A stretch of DNA of 64,000 nucleotides from contig OY970166.1 of assembly GCA_963706595.1 (NCBI GenBank), positions 448,001 through 512,000 of the forward strand, written 5' to 3'. Source of the stretch: an uncultured cyanobacterium. Its GTDB lineage: Bacteria > Cyanobacteriota > Cyanobacteriia > Cyanobacteriales > Nostocaceae. Within the stretch, counting starts at the first letter, position 1. Each line of letters starts with the position of its first letter. A program made the position numbers and the translations under genes. This document shows, piece after piece, positions 22,701 to 32,264 of this stretch. The notes under the pieces were generated by a model. That model made no database searches. It had not been told where the DNA came from and was given only the letters and a program-made list of their open reading frames with translations.

Positions 22701-23160
22701 ATTAAATCTCGATAATATTTTGGAATTGTGGTTTGAAATATTATTAGAGCGTTTAAAAATTAATCTAGGTCAAAAAAGCTCAATAGATATTCAACCCTTG
22801 ATTTATCCATACGATTTAGAAATGATAGAAGTTTGTAGTTGGGCGCTTATAAATACCAATGCTGAGAATAGAGATAAATATTTAAAAAATATAACTAAAA
22901 TTTTTAAAGAATGTAAGCATATTTTACAAAAACCTTTTTCCCGTTCTCATAATTATGGTGCTTGGTTTGACGCTTTTGTGCTTATATTGTGGCTTGGTAT
23001 TTTTTATAAATTATGTTTAAAAAATAGTGATTTTGGAGCAGATAATGAATTAAAACAAAATATTCAATATATTGACAACTCAATTGAAAAGATAAATCCT
23101 CATGCAATTAATCCTAACGATTTAACTCAAGATATCCAAAATTATTATTTAATGATGTAG
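19738..23160 (+). CDS. Large protein with a central PLD-like domain (VPA1262-like); candidate defence gene
   Basis: FLDPYF...FHDRY...GYHLSNSLQG motifs; visibly AT-rich; no HIP1 site seen. Confidence 0.6.
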   Translation: MNPQNSHSQELIHQLEKLRQDSRLTRVISNDTNNHCSLNLWLLEITQSNLTEYRLLYGLIIASTYYDPDKWSCADGSKTTKPFGKGEKQNPYKVRIAKLTLYHNSDVIFCLIKELCQGLTLAQACQKINIVTPTHKNDYGRLELALNQQILSKNFAIRPTILLETRNSNIKLFQELKPITSPLDQISGFSASLWNCDKLSLFNQQNQNAYLSDTELIKHCLSHLTQETGLDFCQVDSKRLGNIEWLCFPLTDDYEQEKVSFELVDNHTIKLKILTDTFNPNTDLLIRCRCWNQEEVILDKCKNSHVDTQQLIELDFTSNQKLEAVMIIVWVRVEEKELWEIVYENFISLVNEINTSIGVENPKIQLPFPSLKRWKTGNVKAIIEKNELIQPVYYENVTINQNQLSPWKSANQDIRQLTSKLYPQSSGGQFFQKGWKGKDSNSDPGRLSFLEWLKSITKNPQFSKVLFLDPYFDATDIFEVIARAEAIQTEYVVVTNTQHISQDKSLELKAACEKNSLLLKNLKFKLLDIRSKKGETGKSKQLFHDRYILIFDQQGKVKTGYHLSNSLQGATKDHPLLITPIPDDIINNVELYVADLLEENDQREVKTLFSSVEHQQISRSAPRSTGLSAIPYNNLFFAALLNEHSLVYLSQSDLMNQLQSKGILKEDDSFITTQEINSNINYFSQFINQASHENFTKLWISLSSFLSTFDNVEYLNDLVSQLNTNLYVKIKDFLLYSSSLAHEEVINTLELSQNGYVREAINLVDKDFKDVLKYTKIFIQQCGTNKYSSPNNWSIQYGGKVLIENSPQDFLDVISHLYTNLKADHEINWLNASILFYLIKQLVQEITYISIGNNRNERLLNLLPTSNIPLIRAMGTQSLWFSLNYKKINLKFALSIVSQLRSIEEQVYSLAEWVYDLRIQLNQNYPLEKSAPEILGKQIFAHICQLWQSDFSQTTLRNIIARLSGPIDGSSAVSNNRDFLLPLLNAEKLNLDNILELWFEILLERLKINLGQKSSIDIQPLIYPYDLEMIEVCSWALINTNAENRDKYLKNITKIFKECKHILQKPFSRSHNYGAWFDAFVLILWLGIFYKLCLKNSDFGADNELKQNIQYIDNSIEKINPHAINPNDLTQDIQNYYLMM

Positions 23161-23369
23161 GCACGAATAGACCTAACAATGACGAAACTACAGTTCGATA
23201 TGAGTTTGATAATTGGACATATTTCCTTAAATTCGTAAAAAACTGTAGGCTAAGTACGCGAAATATCTAAATTTAAATATAGTGATACTAAATTGAGTTA
23301 CGAACCCAAATAAAGATCCCCGACTTCTTCAAGAAATCGGGGATTTGAGTCTCTCGGTGTTGACAGTAT

Positions 23370-23915
23370 CTAATCAACTCCGCGCAATTTACGAGTATTG
23401 TCTACTAAACTCTGAGCAAAATTATCAAACCTTTCCGAGAGCTTTTCATCTAGCAACTTCCCTTCAGGACTAAAAGCACTCCAGGCTTTTCCAATAGCAA
23501 TTTGCTCTGGTATGACCCAGCCATGTACCGCTCTGACAATGATCCGCAGGTCATTGAGTGCATTACTATTAGACTGACCTCCCAATATACTAATCAGTCC
23601 GGTGACTTTATCAGAGAGTTCATCAAAACTCATCAAATCCAAAGTATTTTTTAAAACACCACTCACACCGCCATGATATTCTGGTGTCGCTAAAATTAAC
23701 CCATCAGCATTACTCACGGTATCACGCAACCGTTGAACGTCTGGGTATGCTGAATAATCTTTTCCACCATGACACAATGGTAAATTCAATTGGCGCAAAT
23801 CTAAAATTTCTACTTCTGCACCCAGGGCTTCTACCCGTTGTGCTGCTACTTTTAAAGCTATTTGGGTGTAGGAATCAGGTCTTAAACTACCACCAAGTCC
23901 AACAATTTTTACCAT
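23370..23915 (-). CDS. NADPH-dependent FMN reductase
   Basis: GSLRPDSYT, ATPEYHGGVSGVLKN. Confidence 0.93.
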   Translation of the reverse strand: MVKIVGLGGSLRPDSYTQIALKVAAQRVEALGAEVEILDLRQLNLPLCHGGKDYSAYPDVQRLRDTVSNADGLILATPEYHGGVSGVLKNTLDLMSFDELSDKVTGLISILGGQSNSNALNDLRIIVRAVHGWVIPEQIAIGKAWSAFSPEGKLLDEKLSERFDNFAQSLVDNTRKLRGVD

Positions 23916-24132
23916 AATTCACCCATCAACTCAATATTTTGTTACACCACCAGGATATTTAAAAGGCGGAGTCATTACGATTTTATATTAGCGAGTTATA
24001 TTTTTATCGTCAATCAAGATTATTATCTGTAGTTGTGTATCTTAGCACTTAATCTCCCCATCTCCCCTCTCTCTTGGCGATCTACGGTGTACACACAAGT
24101 TGGAAAATATGACCTGCACTCATTTTCTTTTG

Positions 24133-24212
24133 GTAGGGTGCGTTATGGACTTTAGTCCTAACGCACCGAAAATCTGGGATGGTGCGTTAGCCTTTGGCAT
24201 AACACACCCTAC
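24133..24212. repeat. REPIN-like doublet of GTAG REP hairpins
   Basis: GTAGGGTGCGTTATG ... CATAACACACCCTAC with internal palindromes. Confidence 0.75.
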
Positions 24213-24423
24213 TAGCGTGGCAAGCTTAAAATAGTGCATTAGGAAAAAGCCGAAAACATTGATTTATCTGAATTTTCTCAAAAATCTATTGCAACATTTT
24301 AGCCTTGCCACGCTACTACTGGACTGACAAGCTTAAAATAGTGCATTAGATAAAAGCAGAAAACATTGATTTATCTCAATTTTGTCAAAAATCTATTGCA
24401 ACATTTTAGCCTTGTCACCCCAC
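24212..24423 (+). mobile_element. Two tandem 105-bp IS630-derived MITEs (24212-24316, 24319-24423)
   Basis: Ends match the adjacent IS630 (CAAGCTTAAAATAGTGCATTAG / TGCAACATTTTA); separated by TA. Confidence 0.85.
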
Positions 24424-24425
24424 TA

Positions 24426-25674
24426 CTGGCATGGCAAGCTTAAAATAGTGCATTAGAATGGAGGAAAAAAAAGGAGAAATTGATGGGGAGAGGTCGTAGA
24501 GATAAAGTCATATTAGATACAGAGAAAAGAAAAAGATTAGAAGCGATCGCTCGCAACGGACAGGCCCCAGCCAAAAAAATATTGCACGCACAGGTGTTGT
24601 TAATGTGCGATGAGGGAGAGGGTGCAAGGAAAAAATGGACAGATGAAGAAATAAGTATAGGGTTAAGGGTTCATCGCAATACGGTGGCAAGAATCAGGAA
24701 GAGGTTCCTCGAACAGGGAGAAGAACCTGCCTTAAATCGTCATCAGAGGTTAAAACCACCAAATGTCAGCAAGATAGATGGTCAGACTGAAGCCCAAATC
24801 ATTGCATTATGTTGTTCTGAACCTCCCACGGGGCAAGCACACTGGAGTCTCAGATTACTGACGCAAGAAATTCAAAACCGAAAAATTATCATAGAAATTT
24901 CTAGGGAGACGATTAGAAAGACATTAAAAAAAACAAATTACGCCCCTGGAAAACAGAAAGATTTTGTATTCCCGAACGGGATATAGCACGTTTTGTCTCT
25001 CAAATGGAAGTAGTTTTAGACCTCTACAGCCAAGAACATAGTGATTTGGAACCTTTAATCTGTATGGATGAAGCTTCTAGACAATTAACAGGGCATCTTT
25101 ATGAGCCAAAACCAATGGAACCGGGTGAAGATGCAAAAGAAGATTATCACTATACTCGCGAAGGAGTCCAAGCTTTGTTCATGTTTTTTGACCCGATCAG
25201 AGGTTGGCGACGTGTCAGCAATCGCGCTCATCGGACTCGTGTTGATTGGGCCGAAGAAGTCCGTCAACTATTAGATGAAGACTATCCCCAAGCCACCAAG
25301 GTCAAATTGCTATGTGACAACCTCAACACTCATAGCATTACATCACTTTACGAAGCTTTTCCCGCACCAGAAGCTCACCGCTTGGCTAGGAGACTGGAGA
25401 TTTATTACACTCCTCGCAATGGAAGCTGGCTCAACGTTGCCGAAATTGAATTAAGCGTTTTAAGCCAACAGTGCCTAGACCGACGAATTCCTAGTATTTG
25501 TCAACTATCTAGAGAATTGACCGCTTGGCAAAACGAACGTAACCGCACCGCAGGTAAAGTTATTTGGCGTTTTACTACTGATGATGCTCGTATCAAACTT
25601 AAACATCTTTACCCAGTGTTTGAAACTCACAAAATCGTTGATTCTAATGCAACATTTTAAGCTTGTCACGCCAC
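24426..25674 (+). mobile_element. IS630-family insertion sequence
   Basis: TIR CTGGCATGGCAAGCTTAAAAT / ATTTTAAGCTTGTCACGCCAC, flanked by TA. Confidence 0.9.
24483..25660 (+). CDS. IS630 transposase, predicted -1 frameshift fusion
   Basis: A8 run 24926-24933 gives LKKNKLRPW..FVSQMEVVLD; DDE residues CMDE / CDNL / SWLNVAEIE. Confidence 0.9.
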
Positions 25675-25676
25675 TA

Positions 25677-25830
25677 CTGGCGTGACAAGCTTAAAATGTT
25701 GCAAAAAATTGTAGGTTGGGTTGACGTAAGGAAACCCAACATCATTGGTCGCGTTGGGTTGCGCTACGCTTAACCCAACCTACGTTTAATGCACTACGTT
25801 TAATGCACTATTTTAGCCTTGCCACGCTAC
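25677..25830 (-). mobile_element. Inverted IS630-end MITE carrying a REPIN
   Basis: IS630 ends in reverse order around GTAGGTTGGGTT..AACCCAACCTAC. Confidence 0.75.
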
Positions 25831-26032
25831 GGATATTTGATTTTTTCAGAGTGAGTTAAGTAAACAAATGCGTATCCCGAAATACAAGGATAATTTTGAG
25901 GTAAAAAATTCATCTTAAATTCATATTTTTAGGCAAATTGTTATTATTTAGTAAAGGACATTCCCTTGATACAGTAATATTACAGTCACTGTGATATTTG
26001 TTGATTGCTATCTCGCAATCATCATGGGTTGA

Positions 26033-26506
26033 ATGTTTCACCGTTTATTAATTACCTCTTCTTTGCTCTTCACCAGTACCTTCAGTTTTCTCCCATCTGC
26101 ATTAGCTCAAAGCGTTGATATTATCTTCAGTGGTGTTGTTCAAGATTACGCTGTTTTCAGTCCTCCCAGTTGGGGAAAAATAGAAGAATTTGCCTCTACT
26201 AGTCACAAAAGTACAAGAGATTCTAGGACAGTAATTACCGCAGGTTTAAGTATCCAGTCAAGTACATCTACTAATATCACAGTTTCCTCTCTTCAGCCCA
26301 TCTCTGAATCTAAAACTCAAACTAAGTCTTTGGGGACTAGAGATACAGCAGCTTTCAGATTAGGTTCGACTGTAGACAGGAGTGAGTATATCAGCTTAAC
26401 TGCGGGTAAATCTAATTTAGAGATGGATATGTTGATAGAAAAATTAGACGAGTTAAAGGTTGGGGTTGAAACTTATTTAGTCACCGTCACCATCACTGCT
26501 GAATAA
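26033..26506 (+). CDS. Putative chaperone-usher pilin-like subunit (minor)
   Basis: Signal peptide ALA|Q; mature N-terminus QSVDIIFSGVV; C-terminal strand GVETYLVTVTIT. Confidence 0.6.
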   Translation: MFHRLLITSSLLFTSTFSFLPSALAQSVDIIFSGVVQDYAVFSPPSWGKIEEFASTSHKSTRDSRTVITAGLSIQSSTSTNITVSSLQPISESKTQTKSLGTRDTAAFRLGSTVDRSEYISLTAGKSNLEMDMLIEKLDELKVGVETYLVTVTITAE

Positions 26507-26518
26507 CATAAACATTCT

Positions 26519-26629
26519 GGCATTGCTGAAACCAAGTATAAATTTAAATGTAGAGACGTTCCATGGAACGTCTCTACAGGGGTTTTGACATCATCATAAA
26601 TCGTGTTCATACTTCAAATCAGCAACGCC
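26519..26629. mobile_element. MITE with central REP palindrome
   Basis: TIR GGCATTGCTGA / TCAGCAACGCC; TGTAGAGACGTTCCATGGAACGTCTCTACA. Confidence 0.7.
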
Positions 26630-27212
26630 AACATTCGTAATTTGTCCTTTGAACTACAAATTACGAATTACAAACTCGTGAAAAACCTTATGGTTATCAT
26701 TGTATATATTAATATACGGTTTTTTTATCCGTAGGATCAAGTGTTTTATCATATAAGTGCAATTGGACTATCAGAAATTACTAACGCTTTTATCGGGTTT
26801 TTAGTCATACGGCTAGCATTGTAAGTAGCTTTTATTACGAAAAAATCTTTTTCCCCTAGCTTCCAGCACTTTTCATTAGCCTAAAATAGTTAAGTGTTGA
26901 TACTGAGGTAATTGTATTTTTTGCTGGTTATTGTGTATGGAGGTTAGTCGTTCAACCAGTGTGTGTCGCTGATTATTTGGTAATTCAAACTAATTCAACA
27001 CATTGCATAGATTAATTTCATTGATTACTCAATCTGAGAAATTAATTGAAAATGCACATTTGCTGTTTTGGCAACAGCAAATGCACGTATAAAATACAGG
27101 TTGCGTGTAGAAGTGGATAGCTACACGTTGATCTCAATTTGGCTATTGAAACCTAACCTGTTTACTTTTTCGGTTTTTACTACAAAACCATCTACTTTGT
27201 AAGGATATCACT

Positions 27213-27689
27213 ATGTTGCGTCGTTCTTTGTGCGTTTCTGCTTTGATTTTGGCTGGTACTTTGGGTTTTGCTTCTAGCGCTAAAGCACAAACTGCTGATG
27301 TCCCCTTTGCTGGGATTGTCGGTACTTCATGTATTTTAATTCCTACGCCAGGTGTTTTGGTTCCTAATGCAGGCGACACTGCTCTCAGCTCTAGTGAAGG
27401 TACTGGTGCTACTAGTGGTACAGTCACTATTAATTGCAGTGGTAATACTGATGTTAGTGTTGCTCAACCTGTTATCGTTACTGTTCCCACAGACGCAGAT
27501 AGTGCAGTATTAGCGTCAACATTAACAGTTGGCGGTAACAGTATTTCCGGTATTGCTGCTGACATTCTGACATTAGTCTTTCCTGGCTTACCAGTAGTCG
27601 CTGATGTAGATATGACAGCAACTCTTGCAGGCGGCTTGCCAGCTGGTGCTTACAGTTATTCTGTGACTGTAACTGCTGTACCCGATTAG
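27213..27689 (+). CDS. Putative major pilin of a chaperone-usher pilus
   Basis: SD AAGGA; signal peptide AKA|Q; QTADVPFAGIV donor-strand pattern; Cys pair; GAYSYSVTVTA C-terminus. Confidence 0.7.
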   Translation: MLRRSLCVSALILAGTLGFASSAKAQTADVPFAGIVGTSCILIPTPGVLVPNAGDTALSSSEGTGATSGTVTINCSGNTDVSVAQPVIVTVPTDADSAVLASTLTVGGNSISGIAADILTLVFPGLPVVADVDMTATLAGGLPAGAYSYSVTVTAVPD

Positions 27690-27728
27690 AATCTTACTCT
27701 GAGGTAAGTTCAAGAATATTCCCTGATC

Positions 27729-27762
27729 TCTTGCCGCTATCATATCTCATCTGGCGGCAAGA
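27729..27762 (+). terminator. Stem-loop after the major pilin gene
   Basis: TCTTGCCGC ... GCGGCAAGA followed by AATTTT. Confidence 0.5.
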
Positions 27763-27849
27763 AATTTTCCCCCTGTGGTAATAGAGAAGATTAATTACCA
27801 GATACCCCACCTACACTTCTTTATCTGGGCAATATTGAAAATTTTGCAT

Positions 27850-28004
27850 GGGAGTATCCCAAATGTGCAAGTTTAATTTATGGGATTTTGGCTGACAGAA
27901 GAATGAAAAAACGAACCGCCAAGACGCAAAGAACGCCAAGGAAAGAGGATTTAATCGGTTTTTTGCCTCGGTTTTCTATATTTTTACCAAATTGGAATGC
28001 CCCC
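27850..28004. mobile_element. Degenerate MITE
   Basis: Imperfect TIR GGGAGTATCCCAAA / ATTGGAATGCCCCC; internal CGCCAAG repeat core shared with 45630-45655. Confidence 0.5.
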
Positions 28005-28049
28005 GATAGCAGTAATCTATTTAGCAAAAACATTAATAATGGTCATGTC

Positions 28050-28484
28050 TTGCACAGATTAGGCAAAATGCTATTAGTTACCGGGGGAATTTTAGCAGCT
28101 AATCTGATTTTAGCTCCCCGTGCGTTAGCAGCTTGCACTTTTGAAGAATTTAACTCTGGTCAATTAGTCAGCGTCGGCTCACCTCTAGCAACAAGTTTAG
28201 TCAGTTCTGGGGAGTCTGGAAGTTCTTCTGTGGAGGTTGCTGTTAACTGTGATATTTTGGGCGGTCAATTAACCGTTTTACCTCCAATTCAAAATGAAGG
28301 AATTACCACTGTACCTGCTTTAGCAACTGTCACAAATTTATCTAATGGTCAATCTACTACTAATCTCGTTCCTTTGATTTTGTCTCCTGGTAAAACGGTG
28401 CTTAAGGTTGATATGTCTGTAAATAACGTTGTTCCTTTGAGAGCAGGTACTTATAAATATACTGTTCGACTACAAATACTTTAG
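28050..28484 (+). CDS. Putative pilin-like subunit lacking a donor strand (tip candidate)
   Basis: Signal peptide ALA|AC; Cys pair; GTYKYTVRL C-terminus; start is TTG 28050 or ATG 28068. Confidence 0.6.
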   Translation: MHRLGKMLLVTGGILAANLILAPRALAACTFEEFNSGQLVSVGSPLATSLVSSGESGSSSVEVAVNCDILGGQLTVLPPIQNEGITTVPALATVTNLSNGQSTTNLVPLILSPGKTVLKVDMSVNNVVPLRAGTYKYTVRLQIL

Positions 28485-28494
28485 TTCACTAAAA

Positions 28495-29322
28495 ATGAAT
28501 TTATTAAAGAAGAGAGTTAATCAAGTTTCTGGCGTTTCACAAGCTGCTTTTGGCTTGGCTTTATCGGCGTTGTTGTTATTTCCTAGTGTTGCAAAAGCAC
28601 AAGTAAAGGTTTCACCGTTAGTCATTGAAACTCAAGCACAACGGGGACAAGCTCAAGGTATGGTTTCTATTACTAATATGAGTGATAGTCCATCTCGTGT
28701 TCGTGTTTATGCTGAACCTTTCACTTACAACCCTAATACAGGTTTTGAAACTTTACCTGCTGATACTCCCAATAACCTCACGCCATATCTGCAATTCTCG
28801 CCTCGTGAGTTAACTATTCAACCCAGACAAACTCGACGGGTGCGGATAATTTCTCGCTTGGCTCCTAATTTACCCGATGGTGAATATCGGGCAGCTGTAT
28901 TTAATGAAACTTTAACTGAACAAAAAGATAGTAGTGGCGCAACGGTTACTTTAGCAACTCGTGTGGGTGTAACTGTTTACGTAACTAAAGGTAATGCGTC
29001 TCCTAAGTTAACGGTGGATAATGCTAGTTTTGACTCGAAGCAAGAGATGGTGACACTCAATATTCGTAATACTGGTAAAGCATCGGCTCGTCCTAGTGTT
29101 TCTTGGAAGTTGCAGCGTGGAAATACGGTGGTGAAAACGGGAGAAATAGAATCTATTTCTATTATTGCAGAAAATGAACGTAATTTGTCATTAGATTATC
29201 GCAGTAAAGATGATGCATCTCTGATTCCTGGTAATTATCAACTGAGTGGTGAATTGGTTTGGGATGAAGGTAAAAGTAGAAGTCAATTGCCTTTTAAGTT
29301 AAATTTTACCGTTCCTCGATAA
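28495..29322 (+). CDS. PapD-like periplasmic pilus chaperone
   Basis: Signal peptide; VSPLVI, FSPRELTIQP.QTRRVRI, GEYRA, RNTGKA motifs. Confidence 0.8.
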   Translation: MNLLKKRVNQVSGVSQAAFGLALSALLLFPSVAKAQVKVSPLVIETQAQRGQAQGMVSITNMSDSPSRVRVYAEPFTYNPNTGFETLPADTPNNLTPYLQFSPRELTIQPRQTRRVRIISRLAPNLPDGEYRAAVFNETLTEQKDSSGATVTLATRVGVTVYVTKGNASPKLTVDNASFDSKQEMVTLNIRNTGKASARPSVSWKLQRGNTVVKTGEIESISIIAENERNLSLDYRSKDDASLIPGNYQLSGELVWDEGKSRSQLPFKLNFTVPR

Positions 29323-29588
29323 ATGGTCTAAATAAAGTTTAGAACCCCACCCCCAACCCCTCCCCGCAGGCGAGGAGGGGGTATGATATGGCTGATAGAA
29401 TTAGAAAATTTATAGTAACCGTCAATCAGTTGCTAATCCCAAAATACTTTAATTTTACCAGGAATTAGGAATATACATTTATCAATTTTTAGAGTCAATG
29501 TTATTAATATAATTTTTGTTTTAAAAATTGTATTTTTATAGTTATTTAGAAAAAATAGATATTTAAATTTTTGCACCTTTGTAGCAAT

Positions 29589-32216
29589 ATGAAAAACAAA
29601 ATATGCCAAATCGGCGGCTATTTTCTAATAGCGATCGCCTACATTTGTCCAATTAGCATAAACCCAGTCAATGCTAATAGTAACCCAACAGACATTACTG
29701 CCCAATTGCCTGAGAAATTTGAGGAATTTACGACATTTCCTGTGGGGATAAATGTCGGTAATCGTAATGTTATTTCTGGGGTTTTAGTTCGGGGCAAAGA
29801 AGATGGTTCTCAGGCGATTAATTTTGAAAATTGGCTATTACCTTACGATACAGTTATTCAGGTTTTAAGATTAAATGTTACGACTTTAGCTGATGGTCAA
29901 TTAGAAGTGCGATCGCCTGGAATTGTTACGCGCATAAATCCCCAAACATTGCTGAATGATCCTGAATTAGGTTTAGTCTTTTCTGTTGCTGATTTACGAA
30001 ATTTATTTGGGGTAGATGCCACTTTTGATATTGTTGAATATGCGGTTGTTTTAGAAGTTCCCTGGTTAAACTTCTCTAGGCGGAATATTGGCGACTCAGA
30101 ACTACCTTTAATCTTCGATGGGTTAACAGAAATCAACCCAGAAAAATTCAATATTGCAGCAGCAGAACAAAGAATATTTGCTAGTGGTTCCGCCAACACA
30201 TCCACAGATTTTTCCGGGGATTTTTTGGCTGTGGGGACGATTTTTGATGGTTCTTGGTTTATTCGCACAAATCAACCACAACTTGGTAGTTTTGAGCAAT
30301 GGAGCATTTCCGAGGCGCAGTTTCTCCGACAAACTAATCAAGCTGATTTATTTCTGGGTTCACAACCGACTTTTTGGCAAAGTTCAGGAACCAGTGACTA
30401 TTGGGGATTCACCTACATTCAACGCCAAGGTTTTACACCACCACAAAACTTTTATGCTGGAAGTTCTGACCCGCGCCAAAGGTTACAATCATCCCAAATT
30501 GGGCGGACAATTACCGGGAGAACTGAACCAGGTAGTTTAGTACAATTACTCCAAGGTTTTGGTAATAGAATTCTTGGCGAAATTTTTGTTGATTCTTCGG
30601 GAATTTACCGCTTTGAAGATGTTAAAAATAATGACATTTCTTTTAACTCTAATTACCAAGTTTTGATTTATCCTGAAGGCAGATTGACAGCAGCACCAGA
30701 AATTCGTGATGCTAGTTTTTCCACAGTACCGGGACAAATTCCGGCTGGTGCTTCTGCTTGGATTGTTTCTGGTGGTTTGCGGCGCGAAGTTACTAGTGCT
30801 TTAAATACCAGTTTATTGGGTGATTTTTCGGAATTTCGCGGTGGTGTAGCCGGACGTTGGGGTTTATCAGAAAACCTGACATTGGGTTTGGGTGGTGTGT
30901 ATGATGAATCGTTTCAAGGTTTAGCAGAATTATTCTATCGTCCCGATAATTTTCCCTTAGAGGTTGCTGTTTCCGCCCTCGGTGGTGAGGATTTAGATTT
31001 AATTGCTAATATTCGTTATGAACCCACTAAAAATTTAAGAGCGACATTTAGCAGTGACCGCTTTTCTAATCGTTTTAATGTTAACTGGAATGTTGTCCGT
31101 GGTTTGAGCTTATTTGCAACTACTGACAGTCGTAACCCCACATCTGCGGGTTTTCAAGCTAATTATAGTCGGAGAAATTTCTTTGCCTTCGTTCGTGCTA
31201 GTCTAGATACTGAAAGTAATTTTCGCTGGAATTTACTGCAACGTTTCGGTCAACTGGAACTGAACCAGCGAGGTAATGAGGTTGGGACTTTTTCCGAACT
31301 GAGTTATAACTTGTCTCGGAGCAGGTTCTTTAATTTGGGACATTCGTTGTTGTTAAATTACGAAACCCGCGCTCAAAATAGCGGTGACAATTTATTAACT
31401 ATGGGTTGGCGATATCGTTCTGATGATAGAGCTAGTGATGGTAACTATTTCTGGGAAGCACAAGCAGGTTACGGTATGGGTTCACAGGGTAACGGCTTAG
31501 TGGCTTCTTTGGGAACGACAGTCATACCGGGTGTGTTATTACGGGGACGTTATCAGGGCGTATCGTTAACTTCTGATGAATCCAGTTTCAGTATTGATTT
31601 GGTTTCTAGTTTAAACTTTCAAGGGGGTATTAGTCCAGGCGATCGCCGTTCTAATTATTTACGTACCCAAGGCGGTTTATTAATTAAGACATTTCTGGAT
31701 AAAAATAACAACGGTAAACAGGACCCAGGGGAAGAATATTATACAGACCCAGAAGGGGCAATGGTGTCAGTCAATAACCAACCTGTTAAAAGTTTACGGG
31801 CAGAAGTGGGAAGCGATCGCACTAAATTACGCCTGACCCCAGGAAAATATCGTATTGACATTGACCCGGCTGGTTTTCCTCCCGACTGGCGCGCCGAAAC
31901 TGATGCTTTTGCAGTCAATGTAGTGGCTGGTAGTTATACTCGTGTAATGATACCCTTAACTCAGTCTTACAGTTTTTCTGGTGTAGCGACAGATGCTGAA
32001 GGTAAGGCTCTAGCAGGAGCAAGAGTAGAAGCCATATCAACAGGTACAGGCAAACGCAGTTTTTCTGTAACCAACACCGCCGGGGTATATTATTTAGAAG
32101 GCTTGCAACAAGGTGAATACACGTTGCTGGTCAATGGCAAATCCATTCAGATGATTCAACTAGATACAAACTCGCCACCTTATCAAGAAATGCAAATTCA
32201 GCAGCCTAGTAACTAA
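29589..32216 (+). CDS. Putative outer-membrane usher-like protein with C-terminal Ig-like (SdrD-B / carboxypeptidase-regulatory) domains
   Basis: Signal peptide; long amphipathic beta-strand region; WGLSENLTLG; DKNNNGKQDPGE; TNTAGVYYLEGLQQGEYTL; follows the chaperone gene. Confidence 0.7.
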   Translation: MKNKICQIGGYFLIAIAYICPISINPVNANSNPTDITAQLPEKFEEFTTFPVGINVGNRNVISGVLVRGKEDGSQAINFENWLLPYDTVIQVLRLNVTTLADGQLEVRSPGIVTRINPQTLLNDPELGLVFSVADLRNLFGVDATFDIVEYAVVLEVPWLNFSRRNIGDSELPLIFDGLTEINPEKFNIAAAEQRIFASGSANTSTDFSGDFLAVGTIFDGSWFIRTNQPQLGSFEQWSISEAQFLRQTNQADLFLGSQPTFWQSSGTSDYWGFTYIQRQGFTPPQNFYAGSSDPRQRLQSSQIGRTITGRTEPGSLVQLLQGFGNRILGEIFVDSSGIYRFEDVKNNDISFNSNYQVLIYPEGRLTAAPEIRDASFSTVPGQIPAGASAWIVSGGLRREVTSALNTSLLGDFSEFRGGVAGRWGLSENLTLGLGGVYDESFQGLAELFYRPDNFPLEVAVSALGGEDLDLIANIRYEPTKNLRATFSSDRFSNRFNVNWNVVRGLSLFATTDSRNPTSAGFQANYSRRNFFAFVRASLDTESNFRWNLLQRFGQLELNQRGNEVGTFSELSYNLSRSRFFNLGHSLLLNYETRAQNSGDNLLTMGWRYRSDDRASDGNYFWEAQAGYGMGSQGNGLVASLGTTVIPGVLLRGRYQGVSLTSDESSFSIDLVSSLNFQGGISPGDRRSNYLRTQGGLLIKTFLDKNNNGKQDPGEEYYTDPEGAMVSVNNQPVKSLRAEVGSDRTKLRLTPGKYRIDIDPAGFPPDWRAETDAFAVNVVAGSYTRVMIPLTQSYSFSGVATDAEGKALAGARVEAISTGTGKRSFSVTNTAGVYYLEGLQQGEYTLLVNGKSIQMIQLDTNSPPYQEMQIQQPSN

Positions 32217-32264
32217 ACCATACAAAATAGCGTCTAGAGATTTTGCTAGTTCAAACTATTTTTT

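Noticed and set aside
24212..24460. Regularly spaced repeats resembling a CRISPR array
   Set aside because: The intervening sequences are near-identical, the repeats match IS630 ends, and no cas genes are present
27888..28049. N-terminal extension of the third pilin ORF
   Set aside because: It derives from an upstream MITE; the signal peptide begins near 28050-28068
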